Shown here one piece after another: positions 20,030 to 29,319 of a stretch of DNA of 64,000 nucleotides. The stretch lies in IMG/VR virus record IMGVR_UViG_3300042892_002922, positions 160,001 to 224,000 of that record; one strand, written 5' to 3'. This DNA is from a virus (Duplodnaviria; Caudoviricetes). A program made the position numbers and the translations under genes. Numbering within the stretch: position 1 is the first letter of the stretch; the number at the start of each line of letters is the position of its first letter. Below the pieces are notes generated by a model. That model was not told the DNA's origin and searched no databases. It saw only the letters and a list, made by a program, of their open reading frames with translations.

Positions 20030-20467
20030 ATGGTAACATACATATTGTTTATTTATGCAAATTTTGAGGATCACGAGGACGTCGAGTTCTTTTGTACCGA
20101 ACATTTCTCTCAAATATCTGAAAGAGGAGTTAAATACGTCATTGAAAAGGACGGTAATTGTATTATAATATTCGAATCGGATAAAGATAAGGATAAATTA
20201 GATTCTGATTTAGAGGATCTATTGGATATTGAGCAAATAAACTTCTATTTTCTATTTGAACGGGCGTCAGTGGTATCCGTATTTTTACCTGAAACCATCA
20301 AAGATTTCATATTTAAACCCCTAGAAAACGAGAATGTTAAACTTAAAATAACGGCTAATCGTAATCAAAAACACGACCTAGATGACATCTTAGAAAAGAT
20401 TGAAAATGGGGGGATTGATAGCTTGACACTAGAAGAAAAAAAATTTCTGGATGATTTTGGAAAATAA
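20030..20467 (+). CDS. Hypothetical protein with DUF6576-like C-terminus
   Basis: LDDILEKIENGGIDSLTLEEKKFL C-terminal motif. Confidence 0.6.
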   Translation: MVTYILFIYANFEDHEDVEFFCTEHFSQISERGVKYVIEKDGNCIIIFESDKDKDKLDSDLEDLLDIEQINFYFLFERASVVSVFLPETIKDFIFKPLENENVKLKITANRNQKHDLDDILEKIENGGIDSLTLEEKKFLDDFGK

Positions 20468-20508
20468 GTGGAAAAATCGTACTATTGCTATACAAAACCC
20501 AAAAACGA

Positions 20509-21315
20509 ATGAAAAATACCAGCCCAATGGTTAAAACCGAAGAACTAAAATATTACATCAAGGATTTAAAAAGAATCCCAGTAATAGAAGCGCAAAGAGA
20601 ATTTGAAATTTTCATGGCGTTTAAAAACAAAGAGACAACCAAAGAACAAAAAAACGCTTTAGTTGAAGAATTGATTTTAGGTAATTTAAGATTTGTTATT
20701 TCCGTTGCTAAGATGTATCAAAATCAAGGAATGGATTTATTGGATTTAATTTCAGAAGGTAATATTGGTTTAATGAAAGCCATTGATCGCTTTGACGTTA
20801 CTTCTGGTTTTAAATTTATATCATATGCTGTGTGGTGGGTGAAACAATCTATAATGCAGTCGTTAACGGAAAATTCAAGAACAATAAGAATACCGTCAAA
20901 CGTTTTGCAAGATATTCAAAAGCAAAAGAAAATAAAAAATGAAGAGGATAGTTACCTTATTGAATACAATGATAATGTTTTAATCGGTATTCCAACAACA
21001 GTTGATTTATATAAAGAAATAAATGAAGATGGTGACACATTAATAGAAGTTATTGCTAATCCTAATTCAATTGACCCTATGGAATCTATGAATAATCTTG
21101 ATGAGATTAAGAAAAAGATGAAGTATATGTTAGCAATCCTAGATGACAGAGAGAAAACCATTATTGAGGGTTATTTTGGTTTGTGTGGTACCGAAAGAAA
21201 CCTAGATGACCTAGGTGAAGAATTTGGTTGCACCAAAGAACGTATTAGACAATTAAAAGATAAAGCAATTAAGAAATTGCGAAACGAGAGTTTTGGACTC
21301 CTAAACTATTTATAA
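20509..21315 (+). CDS. Phage-encoded sigma-70 family RNA polymerase sigma factor
   Basis: NLRFVISVAKMY, DLISEGNIGLMKAIDRFD, FKFISYAVWWVKQSI, RTIRIP (region 2/3); EEFGCTKERIRQLKDKAIKKLR (region 4 HTH). Confidence 0.92.
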   Translation: MKNTSPMVKTEELKYYIKDLKRIPVIEAQREFEIFMAFKNKETTKEQKNALVEELILGNLRFVISVAKMYQNQGMDLLDLISEGNIGLMKAIDRFDVTSGFKFISYAVWWVKQSIMQSLTENSRTIRIPSNVLQDIQKQKKIKNEEDSYLIEYNDNVLIGIPTTVDLYKEINEDGDTLIEVIANPNSIDPMESMNNLDEIKKKMKYMLAILDDREKTIIEGYFGLCGTERNLDDLGEEFGCTKERIRQLKDKAIKKLRNESFGLLNYL

Positions 21316-21332
21316 AAGTAAAAATTAAAGAC

Positions 21333-21626
21333 ATGAAAAAGTTAATTGATTTAATTAAAACGTATAAACTACAAATACTAGTAGTTTTAACACTTTTTTT
21401 CTTCTTTCGCTCTTGTAGTAATTCAAGTAAAGTGACTAAGTTAGAAAAAAATGAAAAGAAAAATATTGCGACAATAGATAGTATCAATATTGCACATAAA
21501 AATGACAAAATCGCAATTCATAGTTTTTACGATAATTGGATTACACAAAAAGATAGAGGACCGCAGTTAATGGAATTACATTTTATCGTTAAAGAAAATC
21601 TAAAAAAAGAACAAGAATCTAAATGA
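21333..21626 (+). CDS. Small membrane-anchored protein
   Basis: N-terminal hydrophobic segment ILVVLTLFFFFRSC. Confidence 0.6.
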   Translation: MKKLIDLIKTYKLQILVVLTLFFFFRSCSNSSKVTKLEKNEKKNIATIDSINIAHKNDKIAIHSFYDNWITQKDRGPQLMELHFIVKENLKKEQESK

Positions 21627-23167
21627 AACATTGGCTTAGTACACATTATAAAACATTAATTGTTGCTGCGTTTTTGATACCAATCATAACTGTGGCAATA
21701 GTTTCAATATCTCACGTTACCCAATGGTACGGGATATCAAATCCCATTAGTTGGGCAATATATCTTTCAATAGGTATTGAGATTGCAGCATTATCGGCAT
21801 TAGCCGCCATCTCAGCAAACATGGGCAAGAAGGTGTATTTCCCATTTGCAATTGTTACCCTAGTTCAATTTATTGGTAATGTATTTTTTGCATATTCATA
21901 CATTGATATTGATTCAAAATCTTTCCAGGATTGGGTGGGTTTAGTTTCCCCGTTATTAGAATTAACTGGGGTTGAATCAACTGACTTTGTTGGTCATAAA
22001 AGATTTTTAGCGTTTTTTGCTGGGGGCATGTTACCAATAATATCTTTATCTTTCTTACATATGTTGGTTAAGTTCACAGAAGAAGATAGAGTTATTCAAT
22101 CTAAAGAAGAAACTAAACCAGTTGAACCTACACAAACAATCGAACAGTTAAAAGATTTTGTCGATGAAACAACAAGATTACATTTATCTGAAAATGATTT
22201 AAAGATACTTGAAGAGGCATTATTAAATTCACCACCACCAAACGAGGCGTTATTGAAGGCGGCTGAAGAACACAAAAGAAGAGGTGAGTTATTAAAGGAA
22301 ATAATGAAGAACGACCAAGAGTTGGGCTTATATGATGAAGAACCTTATGCTGGTGCAAGTATGTTCCCTAAAGAAGTGGAGTATACGGATGAATATAGTA
22401 AACCATTATATGAAAATCCAATACCAACACCTGTTGAACCACAAGTTGATTTAGAATTGGTTGAAGAAGAACCAGAAGAAGATATTTCTGATTGGGATGT
22501 AACACTAATGGATGGGTTAGAAGATGAAGAACCATTTTTTACTGAAAAAGAAACGGAGAATATTTTCCAAGAAGAACCAACAGAGGAAGAAATCCATGTA
22601 AATTTTTCCATTATAGAACCTGAAACTGAGAATATTTTCCAAGATAATACCACAGAAACGTTGGTTCCTGAAGAAGTGATTTCTAATTTATTAAATGAAC
22701 TTATTGAAGATGTCGATAATCAGGAATTAAGAACAGAAGAACAAGTTCCTGAATTATTTGTAATGCCAGAAGAGGTTGAAACTTTTAAAATAGATATTCG
22801 AGCAATTAACGAAATATTAAATGACGTTAATGAGGTTATTGATACAGAAGAAGATGATTTAAAAAAAAAAGATGAACTAGAAATAACATCATCAATTGAA
22901 ATTGTTGAAACACCTACGCCAACCCCAACGCCTACTGAAACACAATTAAATCGAGATACCGATTCATTATATTGGGAATCCGGTGAAAACCCAATCCCAT
23001 TAGTTGATGATGAATCACCAACACAAGTAACTTACGAAGACAACACAAACGAATCACCAATTGAAGAATCGGAACAATTTAATCCTTTTGGTTCTATTTT
23101 TCCAAGAGGTGGAAGTAAAATAATACCTAGAAATGTTAGAAATACGAAACGTAGAGGTTTTAGATAA
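21623..23167 (+). CDS. Multi-pass membrane protein with long acidic cytoplasmic tail
   Basis: About four hydrophobic segments in the first 150 aa, then a Glu/Asp/Pro-rich tail with TPTPTPTPT. Confidence 0.65.
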   Translation: MKHWLSTHYKTLIVAAFLIPIITVAIVSISHVTQWYGISNPISWAIYLSIGIEIAALSALAAISANMGKKVYFPFAIVTLVQFIGNVFFAYSYIDIDSKSFQDWVGLVSPLLELTGVESTDFVGHKRFLAFFAGGMLPIISLSFLHMLVKFTEEDRVIQSKEETKPVEPTQTIEQLKDFVDETTRLHLSENDLKILEEALLNSPPPNEALLKAAEEHKRRGELLKEIMKNDQELGLYDEEPYAGASMFPKEVEYTDEYSKPLYENPIPTPVEPQVDLELVEEEPEEDISDWDVTLMDGLEDEEPFFTEKETENIFQEEPTEEEIHVNFSIIEPETENIFQDNTTETLVPEEVISNLLNELIEDVDNQELRTEEQVPELFVMPEEVETFKIDIRAINEILNDVNEVIDTEEDDLKKKDELEITSSIEIVETPTPTPTPTETQLNRDTDSLYWESGENPIPLVDDESPTQVTYEDNTNESPIEESEQFNPFGSIFPRGGSKIIPRNVRNTKRRGFR

Positions 23168-23759
23168 GACACTTTTGAATATCAAAAAAAGAAAATCTAA
23201 AAAAACACAAATATTATTACATGATACTCATAGACGGTTAGATGAGTACATTATGATGTTAAAACATAGAAAGGATGGGAAATATGAAGATATTCCCCAT
23301 TTTTGTATTGATAAACTAGGTAATATCTATAAAATATTTGAACCAGAATATTCATCAAACACATTTAAGACACCTAAAATAGATAATGGGCAAATTAAAA
23401 TTGCCATTGAAAATCTAGGTTGGTTAAATAAACATAGTGTAACTGGTATACTTTTTAATTGGATTAATAGCCCATATAGAGCCGACCCCTACATTAAGAA
23501 TTGGCGCAATTATAGTTTTTGGGATAGGTACACCGAACCTCAAATGAATTCCTTGGCGGAGTTATGTATGGTACTCTGTGTCGAGTACGATATTAACTAT
23601 CACTGCGTACCATCATCTGGTTATATTGAAAATTGTGAAAAGTTCCGCGGAATATTAAGTAAATCCAATTTCTCGAATATTTATACTGATATAAACCCTT
23701 CATTTAATTTTAATATATTCGAAGAACATGTCAAACAAGCAGAACTGGGGATACGATGA
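23133..23759 (+). CDS. N-acetylmuramoyl-L-alanine amidase (Amidase_2-like)
   Basis: ILLHDT, IPHFCIDKLG, IAIENLG, YTEPQMNSLAEL, YHC and TDINP motif order. Confidence 0.7.
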   Translation: MLEIRNVEVLDKTLLNIKKRKSKKTQILLHDTHRRLDEYIMMLKHRKDGKYEDIPHFCIDKLGNIYKIFEPEYSSNTFKTPKIDNGQIKIAIENLGWLNKHSVTGILFNWINSPYRADPYIKNWRNYSFWDRYTEPQMNSLAELCMVLCVEYDINYHCVPSSGYIENCEKFRGILSKSNFSNIYTDINPSFNFNIFEEHVKQAELGIR

Positions 23760-24240
23760 TACAAAAAAGATGTTAAACAAACTTAGAACGTTAAACGAAT
23801 CTAAGTCAAACACATCGTCAATCCTTAAAGAAGATATCCAACAAACTGAACCAACACCAGATAATGGGGTTGATTACACAGTAATAAACGACGTTGAGGT
23901 GAAAATTCACTCATCCGATGAAAAAGATTTAATTATTTCAGACGAAGAGAAACAAGCAATTTCACAATTAATTGATAATTTCCGTCAGCAAGTAGCTGAA
24001 TTAGCAGAATTTGAAGAGGGATTTAACATCACCACAGATGAGGTTAGATTAGACGGTACAATACCAGACAACGACATTAGTTTTGTTTTTGTTATTGGAT
24101 CTGAGAGTGGTGTCTATGTTAATTGCGACATGACTAAGTTAGATTCGGAAGTTATTCAAGTAATGGATAAACTTGAAAAATTCTATCACACATTTAGTGA
24201 TTCCGCTAATGATTTCATTTTAAATAGAAAAAACAATTAA
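23728..24240 (+). CDS. Hypothetical acidic protein, possible internal head protein
   Basis: N-terminal LRTLNESK...ILKED motifs. Confidence 0.55.
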   Translation: MSNKQNWGYDDTKKMLNKLRTLNESKSNTSSILKEDIQQTEPTPDNGVDYTVINDVEVKIHSSDEKDLIISDEEKQAISQLIDNFRQQVAELAEFEEGFNITTDEVRLDGTIPDNDISFVFVIGSESGVYVNCDMTKLDSEVIQVMDKLEKFYHTFSDSANDFILNRKNN

Positions 24241-24241
24241 A

Positions 24242-24481
24242 ATGGCATTAAGTAACGACGATAAGAAGGAAATTGAAAAAATAGCCAAAAAGGAAATCAA
24301 GGATTTCTTAGACACAACTAAGGCACACGAAATTGTAATTAAAATCATTCAGAAAGAACTAGGTTCAAAAAAAATTGATGATAAGATAGTTGAGTTGTCA
24401 ACTAAAGTTGTTGTTGAGTTATTCAAAACCTTATGGCAAAGAAAAGGTTTCTGGGAATCAGCACTTAAAAGCGTTAAATAA
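24242..24481 (+). CDS. Small helical hypothetical protein
   Basis: 79-aa ORF, translationally coupled to neighbours. Confidence 0.65.
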   Translation: MALSNDDKKEIEKIAKKEIKDFLDTTKAHEIVIKIIQKELGSKKIDDKIVELSTKVVVELFKTLWQRKGFWESALKSVK

Positions 24482-25371
24482 TGCAGTATACTAAGCCAAA
24501 TTTAAACCGCGAATGGAATGAAGCACGTAGATACTCATTTTTAAAAAAAATGGGAAAGAAGGTGTGGGTTGAGTTTGCTAGTAAAAATTTTCAGATTTTA
24601 AATTATGAATCAATTAAAGACCAATTAGGTAATGTTGATTTAGATTATGAAAATTTAGATAAAGATAAGAAAATACGCTTTGAAAGGGACTTTAAGAAAG
24701 GTGTTATTGAAATACCGATAGCTGTTAAAATATACGAGGATTATTACGATTTAGTAGGTGGTAACACAAGGTTAGCCGGTTTGATTAAAAACAACATAAA
24801 CCCAAAACTATGGGTAATAGATGCGGCGGATAAGATAGATGTTGAAGATCCAATAGAAGAAAGTAAAAATATTATGAAAAAAGAGAATAAAGAATCAACC
24901 GACGCTTCGTCATCTGGAGCATTTTCAGCCCCACTAGGCGCTAAAAACAAAGGTCTTGGTAAAGTTATAAAGAAACCAATTTCTGGGCTTAAAAACAGCA
25001 AGAAATACAATGTTGAGCAAGATATGGACGAAGCTACTGACGCTTCATCATCCGGGGCTTATGATGTACCATTCGGTGCTGGCGGTAAATCACCATTAAA
25101 GATTGGTGGACCAAGTAGTATTAAAAACAGTAGAGCGGTTAAAGATAAAAATTTTCCTAAGTGGGGTGGTCCTGGAGGTGTTTATGTTGCGGTAAAGGAA
25201 AAATGTAAAAAGTTTCCTTATTGTAACCAAGGGGATATTAATTCACTAGAGTTTATTTCAGAAGTAGAGGGTTTAAAGGAAGCAATTAACGAAGTTGCAA
25301 AAAAACACGGGTTTTCACCTAAAGAAGTTGAAAAATTAGTATTAAATGAAATAAAACAGATATTTATTTAG
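24481..25371 (+). CDS. ParB/Srx-like N-terminal domain fused to low-complexity repeat region
   Basis: IEIPIAV...YDLVGGNTRLAG ParB-like core; duplicated E(S/A)TDASSSGA(F/Y) motif. Confidence 0.55.
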   Translation: MQYTKPNLNREWNEARRYSFLKKMGKKVWVEFASKNFQILNYESIKDQLGNVDLDYENLDKDKKIRFERDFKKGVIEIPIAVKIYEDYYDLVGGNTRLAGLIKNNINPKLWVIDAADKIDVEDPIEESKNIMKKENKESTDASSSGAFSAPLGAKNKGLGKVIKKPISGLKNSKKYNVEQDMDEATDASSSGAYDVPFGAGGKSPLKIGGPSSIKNSRAVKDKNFPKWGGPGGVYVAVKEKCKKFPYCNQGDINSLEFISEVEGLKEAINEVAKKHGFSPKEVEKLVLNEIKQIFI

Positions 25372-25372
25372 T

Positions 25373-26698
25373 ATGAAAGTTAACGAATTAAAACAGCTAA
25401 TAGAAAATACCCTTGCTAAAGAGGTTAAAAAAGCAATATTAGAAAGTGCTGACGAAGTATATATAATAAAAAATAAAGAAGGTGAACCTATTGAAATGTG
25501 TGCAACTCAAGAAGAAGCAGACGAAAAATTAGATAGCTACCAAAAATCAGGTAAAGAATTCATCATCGAAAAAGAACCAAAACCATCCATTGACGAATTA
25601 GACGAAATGGGTGAAAATTTAGAAAACATGGAAACAGAAAAACAACCAATGGAAGGAAATGAGTTCACAGGAGCTCTTAAAGCAGCTAAAGATGCTGGTG
25701 AAGAATCATTCACAGTAGATGGTAAAGAATATGATGTTGAAGAATGCTGGTCCAAACAAATGGAAGAAGATGAGTGTATGGAATGTGGTTCAAATATGAA
25801 AGAAGGCGATGACTCTGAACACAGCAAAAAATTTGATATGGCAATAGATACTTCAAAATATAAGTTTTTAAAGAACATAAATGCTAAAACTTCAAAAGAT
25901 AAAACACCTGAAGAACATAATGAATCAATGGGCGACTCTGAAGACAAATATTCATTCAATAAATTAAAATTTGAACCAAAATCAGAAGAAGGTGAAGTAT
26001 CAGAAGATGATGCTCAAATGTGCTCTGAGTGCGGTTCTCAAATGTACGAAGGTGTGTGCAATGAGTGTGGTGGTGCAATGAATGAAAGCAAGAAAAGAAA
26101 GGTTAAATTAACTGAAAGTGAATTAGTTGACTTCATTAATAAAATAGTAAAAGAATCTGTTCCAGGTTTAAGAATAGCTACTGATATGAAAAGTAAAAGT
26201 GGTAAAATTAATACTGATGCAAACAAAGAAACTGGAGATAAAATCAAAAAGTCATTAAATTTTGAGAATAATAATAATCCAGATTTCCCTAATCAAATAG
26301 GTAAAGAAAAAGAAAAAGCAGCTAGAACAAATTCAGAAGATGAAGATGAATATGTTCAAGATTGGAGAGGTGGATCTATGTTAGATTTAAAATATGATAG
26401 TGAGCCATCAGATCAATTTAAAGATAGATTAAAGAAAGCATTAGAAGGTGACAAAACAACTGGAAACGCACAAGATGGTGACGTTGCTAATGTAATCAAA
26501 AGTGATTTAGGTAAAAAAATAGCGAAAGCGGTAGAAAGAAAAAAAGAAAACGTTAAAAAGATGCCATTGTACAAAAAAGATATTCAACCATCGAAAGAAA
26601 CATCGTCGGTTAATGAATCTTTAAAAACCAAATCAGTTCTTAATGAGGAAATCAAAAGAATGAAGGATATGGTTCAGTACAATAAAAAAACTCAATAA
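25373..26698 (+). CDS. Acidic, probably processed internal head/scaffold-like protein
   Basis: Many (L/I/M/V)-x-E-S motifs, KVKLTESELVDFINKIVKES, VLNEEIKRMK; Cys-x-x-Cys clusters. Confidence 0.5.
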   Translation: MKVNELKQLIENTLAKEVKKAILESADEVYIIKNKEGEPIEMCATQEEADEKLDSYQKSGKEFIIEKEPKPSIDELDEMGENLENMETEKQPMEGNEFTGALKAAKDAGEESFTVDGKEYDVEECWSKQMEEDECMECGSNMKEGDDSEHSKKFDMAIDTSKYKFLKNINAKTSKDKTPEEHNESMGDSEDKYSFNKLKFEPKSEEGEVSEDDAQMCSECGSQMYEGVCNECGGAMNESKKRKVKLTESELVDFINKIVKESVPGLRIATDMKSKSGKINTDANKETGDKIKKSLNFENNNNPDFPNQIGKEKEKAARTNSEDEDEYVQDWRGGSMLDLKYDSEPSDQFKDRLKKALEGDKTTGNAQDGDVANVIKSDLGKKIAKAVERKKENVKKMPLYKKDIQPSKETSSVNESLKTKSVLNEEIKRMKDMVQYNKKTQ

Positions 26699-26746
26699 TA
26701 ACCTTTTAAATTTTCCTTTTATCCGCATATTTTAATATATTTGGGT

Positions 26747-27202
26747 ATGAGAAAACAGGAAGGGTATTTAGAATTTATCTCCTCGGAAAACTACAAAAAT
26801 CAAGTGGAGGTTTGGTATCGCGCTTATAATATTATACGCGAAAAGGTTGAATTGTTTCACGATTTAATCACAACTTTACACACTATTATCGAAGAAACCT
26901 ACTTGGGTCCTGATGTTCTAAATGAAGACAAGGATCAAAAGGGGCATTTCGATTGGTGCTGGAGAAAAACCCTGTCTAATTTCGAGAAAGAGAACATTCA
27001 TTTTAAAGAAAGTGGTGCCCACTATGACTATTTTTGGGCTTTTTTCCACGAAGCATTCTATATAAATGAGGTTGAAGGTAAGAACAATCGAATCAAAGAT
27101 TATTTTTATAAGTTATTCACATTCAATTACAAAAAAACCAGATCTGAGTTAGATATCCTAACTGAAATATACAAGGTATTCGAGTCAAATATCAAAAAGT
27201 AA
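26747..27202 (+). CDS. Hypothetical protein
   Basis: Aromatic-rich ORF of about 150 aa; ATG 26747 follows TATATTTG. Confidence 0.65.
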   Translation: MRKQEGYLEFISSENYKNQVEVWYRAYNIIREKVELFHDLITTLHTIIEETYLGPDVLNEDKDQKGHFDWCWRKTLSNFEKENIHFKESGAHYDYFWAFFHEAFYINEVEGKNNRIKDYFYKLFTFNYKKTRSELDILTEIYKVFESNIKK

Positions 27203-27268
27203 AAAAAAACCTCGATATTGACTTGTTAAACCGGGTTTTTTTATGTACATTAGTTCAAAATAATTACT

Positions 27269-27448
27269 ATGGAAACTTTAAAGAAAATCAAAGAGCTTGT
27301 CGAAAAGATGTCTGTTGATACCCAAAAAGTGTTTGAAAAGGGAAATAGAAGTGCATCTATTAGGGCAAGAAAACATGCACAAGAAATTAAAGCGCTATTA
27401 GGTGTATACAGAAAAGATGTTCTAGAAGAAATTAAAAAACATGATTAA
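27269..27448 (+). CDS. Histone H1-like protein Hc1 family nucleoid protein (missed by ORF track)
   Basis: METLKKIKELVEKMSVDTQKVFEKGNRSASIRARKHAQEIKALL...; FEKGNxxAxxRARK is the Hc1-like signature; 59 aa. Confidence 0.75.
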   Translation: METLKKIKELVEKMSVDTQKVFEKGNRSASIRARKHAQEIKALLGVYRKDVLEEIKKHD

Positions 27449-27620
27449 ACAAATCGAAACATTTTTATTGGTACTCAGTTTAGTGTACCTATTAAGGTTT
27501 GCTATTGAGTTTCTTCTTAAATTAAGAGATGAAAATCCTAAACCCATAGAGATTGCTAAAGTGAATCAAGTGTTCATTTATTTAGCAATTTCATATGTGA
27601 TAACATTTATTATTGTATAA
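27441..27620 (+). CDS. Small two-helix membrane protein (missed by ORF track)
   Basis: MIKQIETFLLVLSLVYLLRFAIEFLL...VFIYLAISYVITFIIV; 59 aa; overlaps Hc1 stop. Confidence 0.6.
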   Translation: MIKQIETFLLVLSLVYLLRFAIEFLLKLRDENPKPIEIAKVNQVFIYLAISYVITFIIV

Positions 27621-28095
27621 CGTGTACGAACTAATATCAGATTTACGACCATATTTCTTTTCATTGCGAGAGATTGAAAAGAATGTCAGCTTAGACCTAA
27701 GAATACCAACAAACTGGAGGATAGAACATATCCAAGAAGTTGTGTCGCAATATAAATCAATGGGGTATAAAGTTCAAGACAAGAACGACAAATACCAATT
27801 AGTTTCATTAATTGCATTAGCAACACAAGAGGGGTATAATACTGCAAGGTCATGTGCCATAGAAATAATTAAATACAATCTTGAATTAGAAGAAAAGGAA
27901 ATATTATTTAAGGATAAGCAAAGGCAATTGCAAGAAGAATATCAAAACAAGATTAGAGAATTACAGGATCAATTTAAAAGCGAACCATTAGATAAATTAA
28001 AAGGAATTAATATTCAAAAAGAAGATGGAGAAACGGATAAAACAGGGGCTGGACTGGTTGAATCGGGAGATGGGGAAGGACCAGACGGAGATTGA
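27613..28095 (+). CDS. Hypothetical protein with C-terminal coiled coil
   Basis: ORF track; start may be TTG 27613 or GTG 27622. Confidence 0.6.
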   Translation: MYNVYELISDLRPYFFSLREIEKNVSLDLRIPTNWRIEHIQEVVSQYKSMGYKVQDKNDKYQLVSLIALATQEGYNTARSCAIEIIKYNLELEEKEILFKDKQRQLQEEYQNKIRELQDQFKSEPLDKLKGINIQKEDGETDKTGAGLVESGDGEGPDGD

Positions 28096-28228
28096 TTTGC
28101 ATAAGCAAAAAGTAATAGAAGAAATAAAAAAAATAGATAAATCAAAATTCTTTCAACCTAAACCAAAGAAAAAGATATCTATATTAGATAAGATATTAAT
28201 GATTTTCGGATATGGAAAAAAAGGGTGA
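28025..28228 (+). CDS. Small hypothetical protein
   Basis: 67-aa Lys-rich ORF, overlaps both neighbours. Confidence 0.55.
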   Translation: MEKRIKQGLDWLNREMGKDQTEIDLHKQKVIEEIKKIDKSKFFQPKPKKKISILDKILMIFGYGKKG

Positions 28229-28445
28229 CTTATTTAATCAATTAGCGATAATATCTGATTTAGTTGAAAGGTGTAACTTGGTTAGTGTTTCAAGTACAAT
28301 TGTTTTTGAATTAAACAGAGCAGAGTTTGAAAAAGTTTATACTTTAGTTACTCGTAAAACTAAAATGAGCGGCGGTATGCCAAAAGACACTTTTAATATT
28401 CAAATAGGCGAGGTTAACATATTATTTAATATGAATAATGCCTAA
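28212..28445 (+). CDS. Small hypothetical protein
   Basis: 77-aa ORF. Confidence 0.55.
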   Translation: MEKKGDLFNQLAIISDLVERCNLVSVSSTIVFELNRAEFEKVYTLVTRKTKMSGGMPKDTFNIQIGEVNILFNMNNA

Positions 28446-29073
28446 ACAATTCATGCCTACTAAAACCCTTCGTGATTAAAAAATCATAGAGTAGTTTTCT
28501 TTGATAGGTTGTGATATCTTTAATGAAAAGAAAGTTCCTTCTTTTCTTCTTATGTAAATCATTTTTTACTAATTCAAATAATCTATCAGTATCATGTAGA
28601 TTTTTGTTGCCAAACACTTTGACATCATTTTCTATTTGAACGAATATTTTATTGTTCAATGTGAATATCTGACAAATCTCCTCAATCCTATTAAGTTTGA
28701 ACATCATTTCGTGATAACGGATGTGTTTTTTTTGTTCAAAATCATAGATACGTTCTTCTTCCCACCAAGGTATTATTTCTTTAACCCTAAACTTAGGATC
28801 ATCCAAGGACACCTCGATATTTCTACCTAGTTCGTCTTTTTTATATGCTTTATCAGTAGTTGACCATCTATTGATGGGGTAAACTAGGAACAATTCAAAA
28901 TTTAACTTAGTACGCTTTCTACCTCTAATTTCAGCACAGTATGTTGGTTTTCTTTGCGTTTTATACTCTGACCAGTAGTCCATAATAGTGCTACGTTTTG
29001 CACACTTATGTAGAACTTTCTTCTTTACACCATTTAGATATAAGATTATGAAATACTTAAAATTCTGCTTCAT
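28426..29073 (-). CDS. Basic hypothetical protein
   Basis: Start ATG 29073 (MKQNFK) overlaps the TGA of the upstream minus-strand ORF (ATGA coupling). Confidence 0.65.
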   Translation of the reverse strand: MKQNFKYFIILYLNGVKKKVLHKCAKRSTIMDYWSEYKTQRKPTYCAEIRGRKRTKLNFELFLVYPINRWSTTDKAYKKDELGRNIEVSLDDPKFRVKEIIPWWEEERIYDFEQKKHIRYHEMMFKLNRIEEICQIFTLNNKIFVQIENDVKVFGNKNLHDTDRLFELVKNDLHKKKRRNFLFIKDITTYQRKLLYDFLITKGFSRHELFRHYSY

Positions 29074-29219
29074 ATGAATTTGGTAATTAAAGAATAAATC
29101 CCATAAACAGCAAATGCTGACCAGATAACGAGGAACCAAATAGCTGATTTTGTGGTATATTCGCTAACCTCATCAAACTGTCTTTTTAATTCTTTCTTTT
29201 TACAACTTGTACATGACAT
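29070..29219 (-). CDS. Small membrane protein with N-terminal CxxC (missed by ORF track)
   Basis: MSCTSCKKKELKRQFDEVSEYTTKSAIWFLVIWSAFAVYGIYSLITKFI, 49 aa. Confidence 0.55.
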   Translation of the reverse strand: MSCTSCKKKELKRQFDEVSEYTTKSAIWFLVIWSAFAVYGIYSLITKFI

Positions 29220-29319
29220 AAGGTAATATAGTGGTTTATTATATATATTTCAACCCAATATTTCTTTTTTTGTTTTTTTTGTAATATATTTAATAATCTA
29301 ATTAAAAATATTTATTAGA

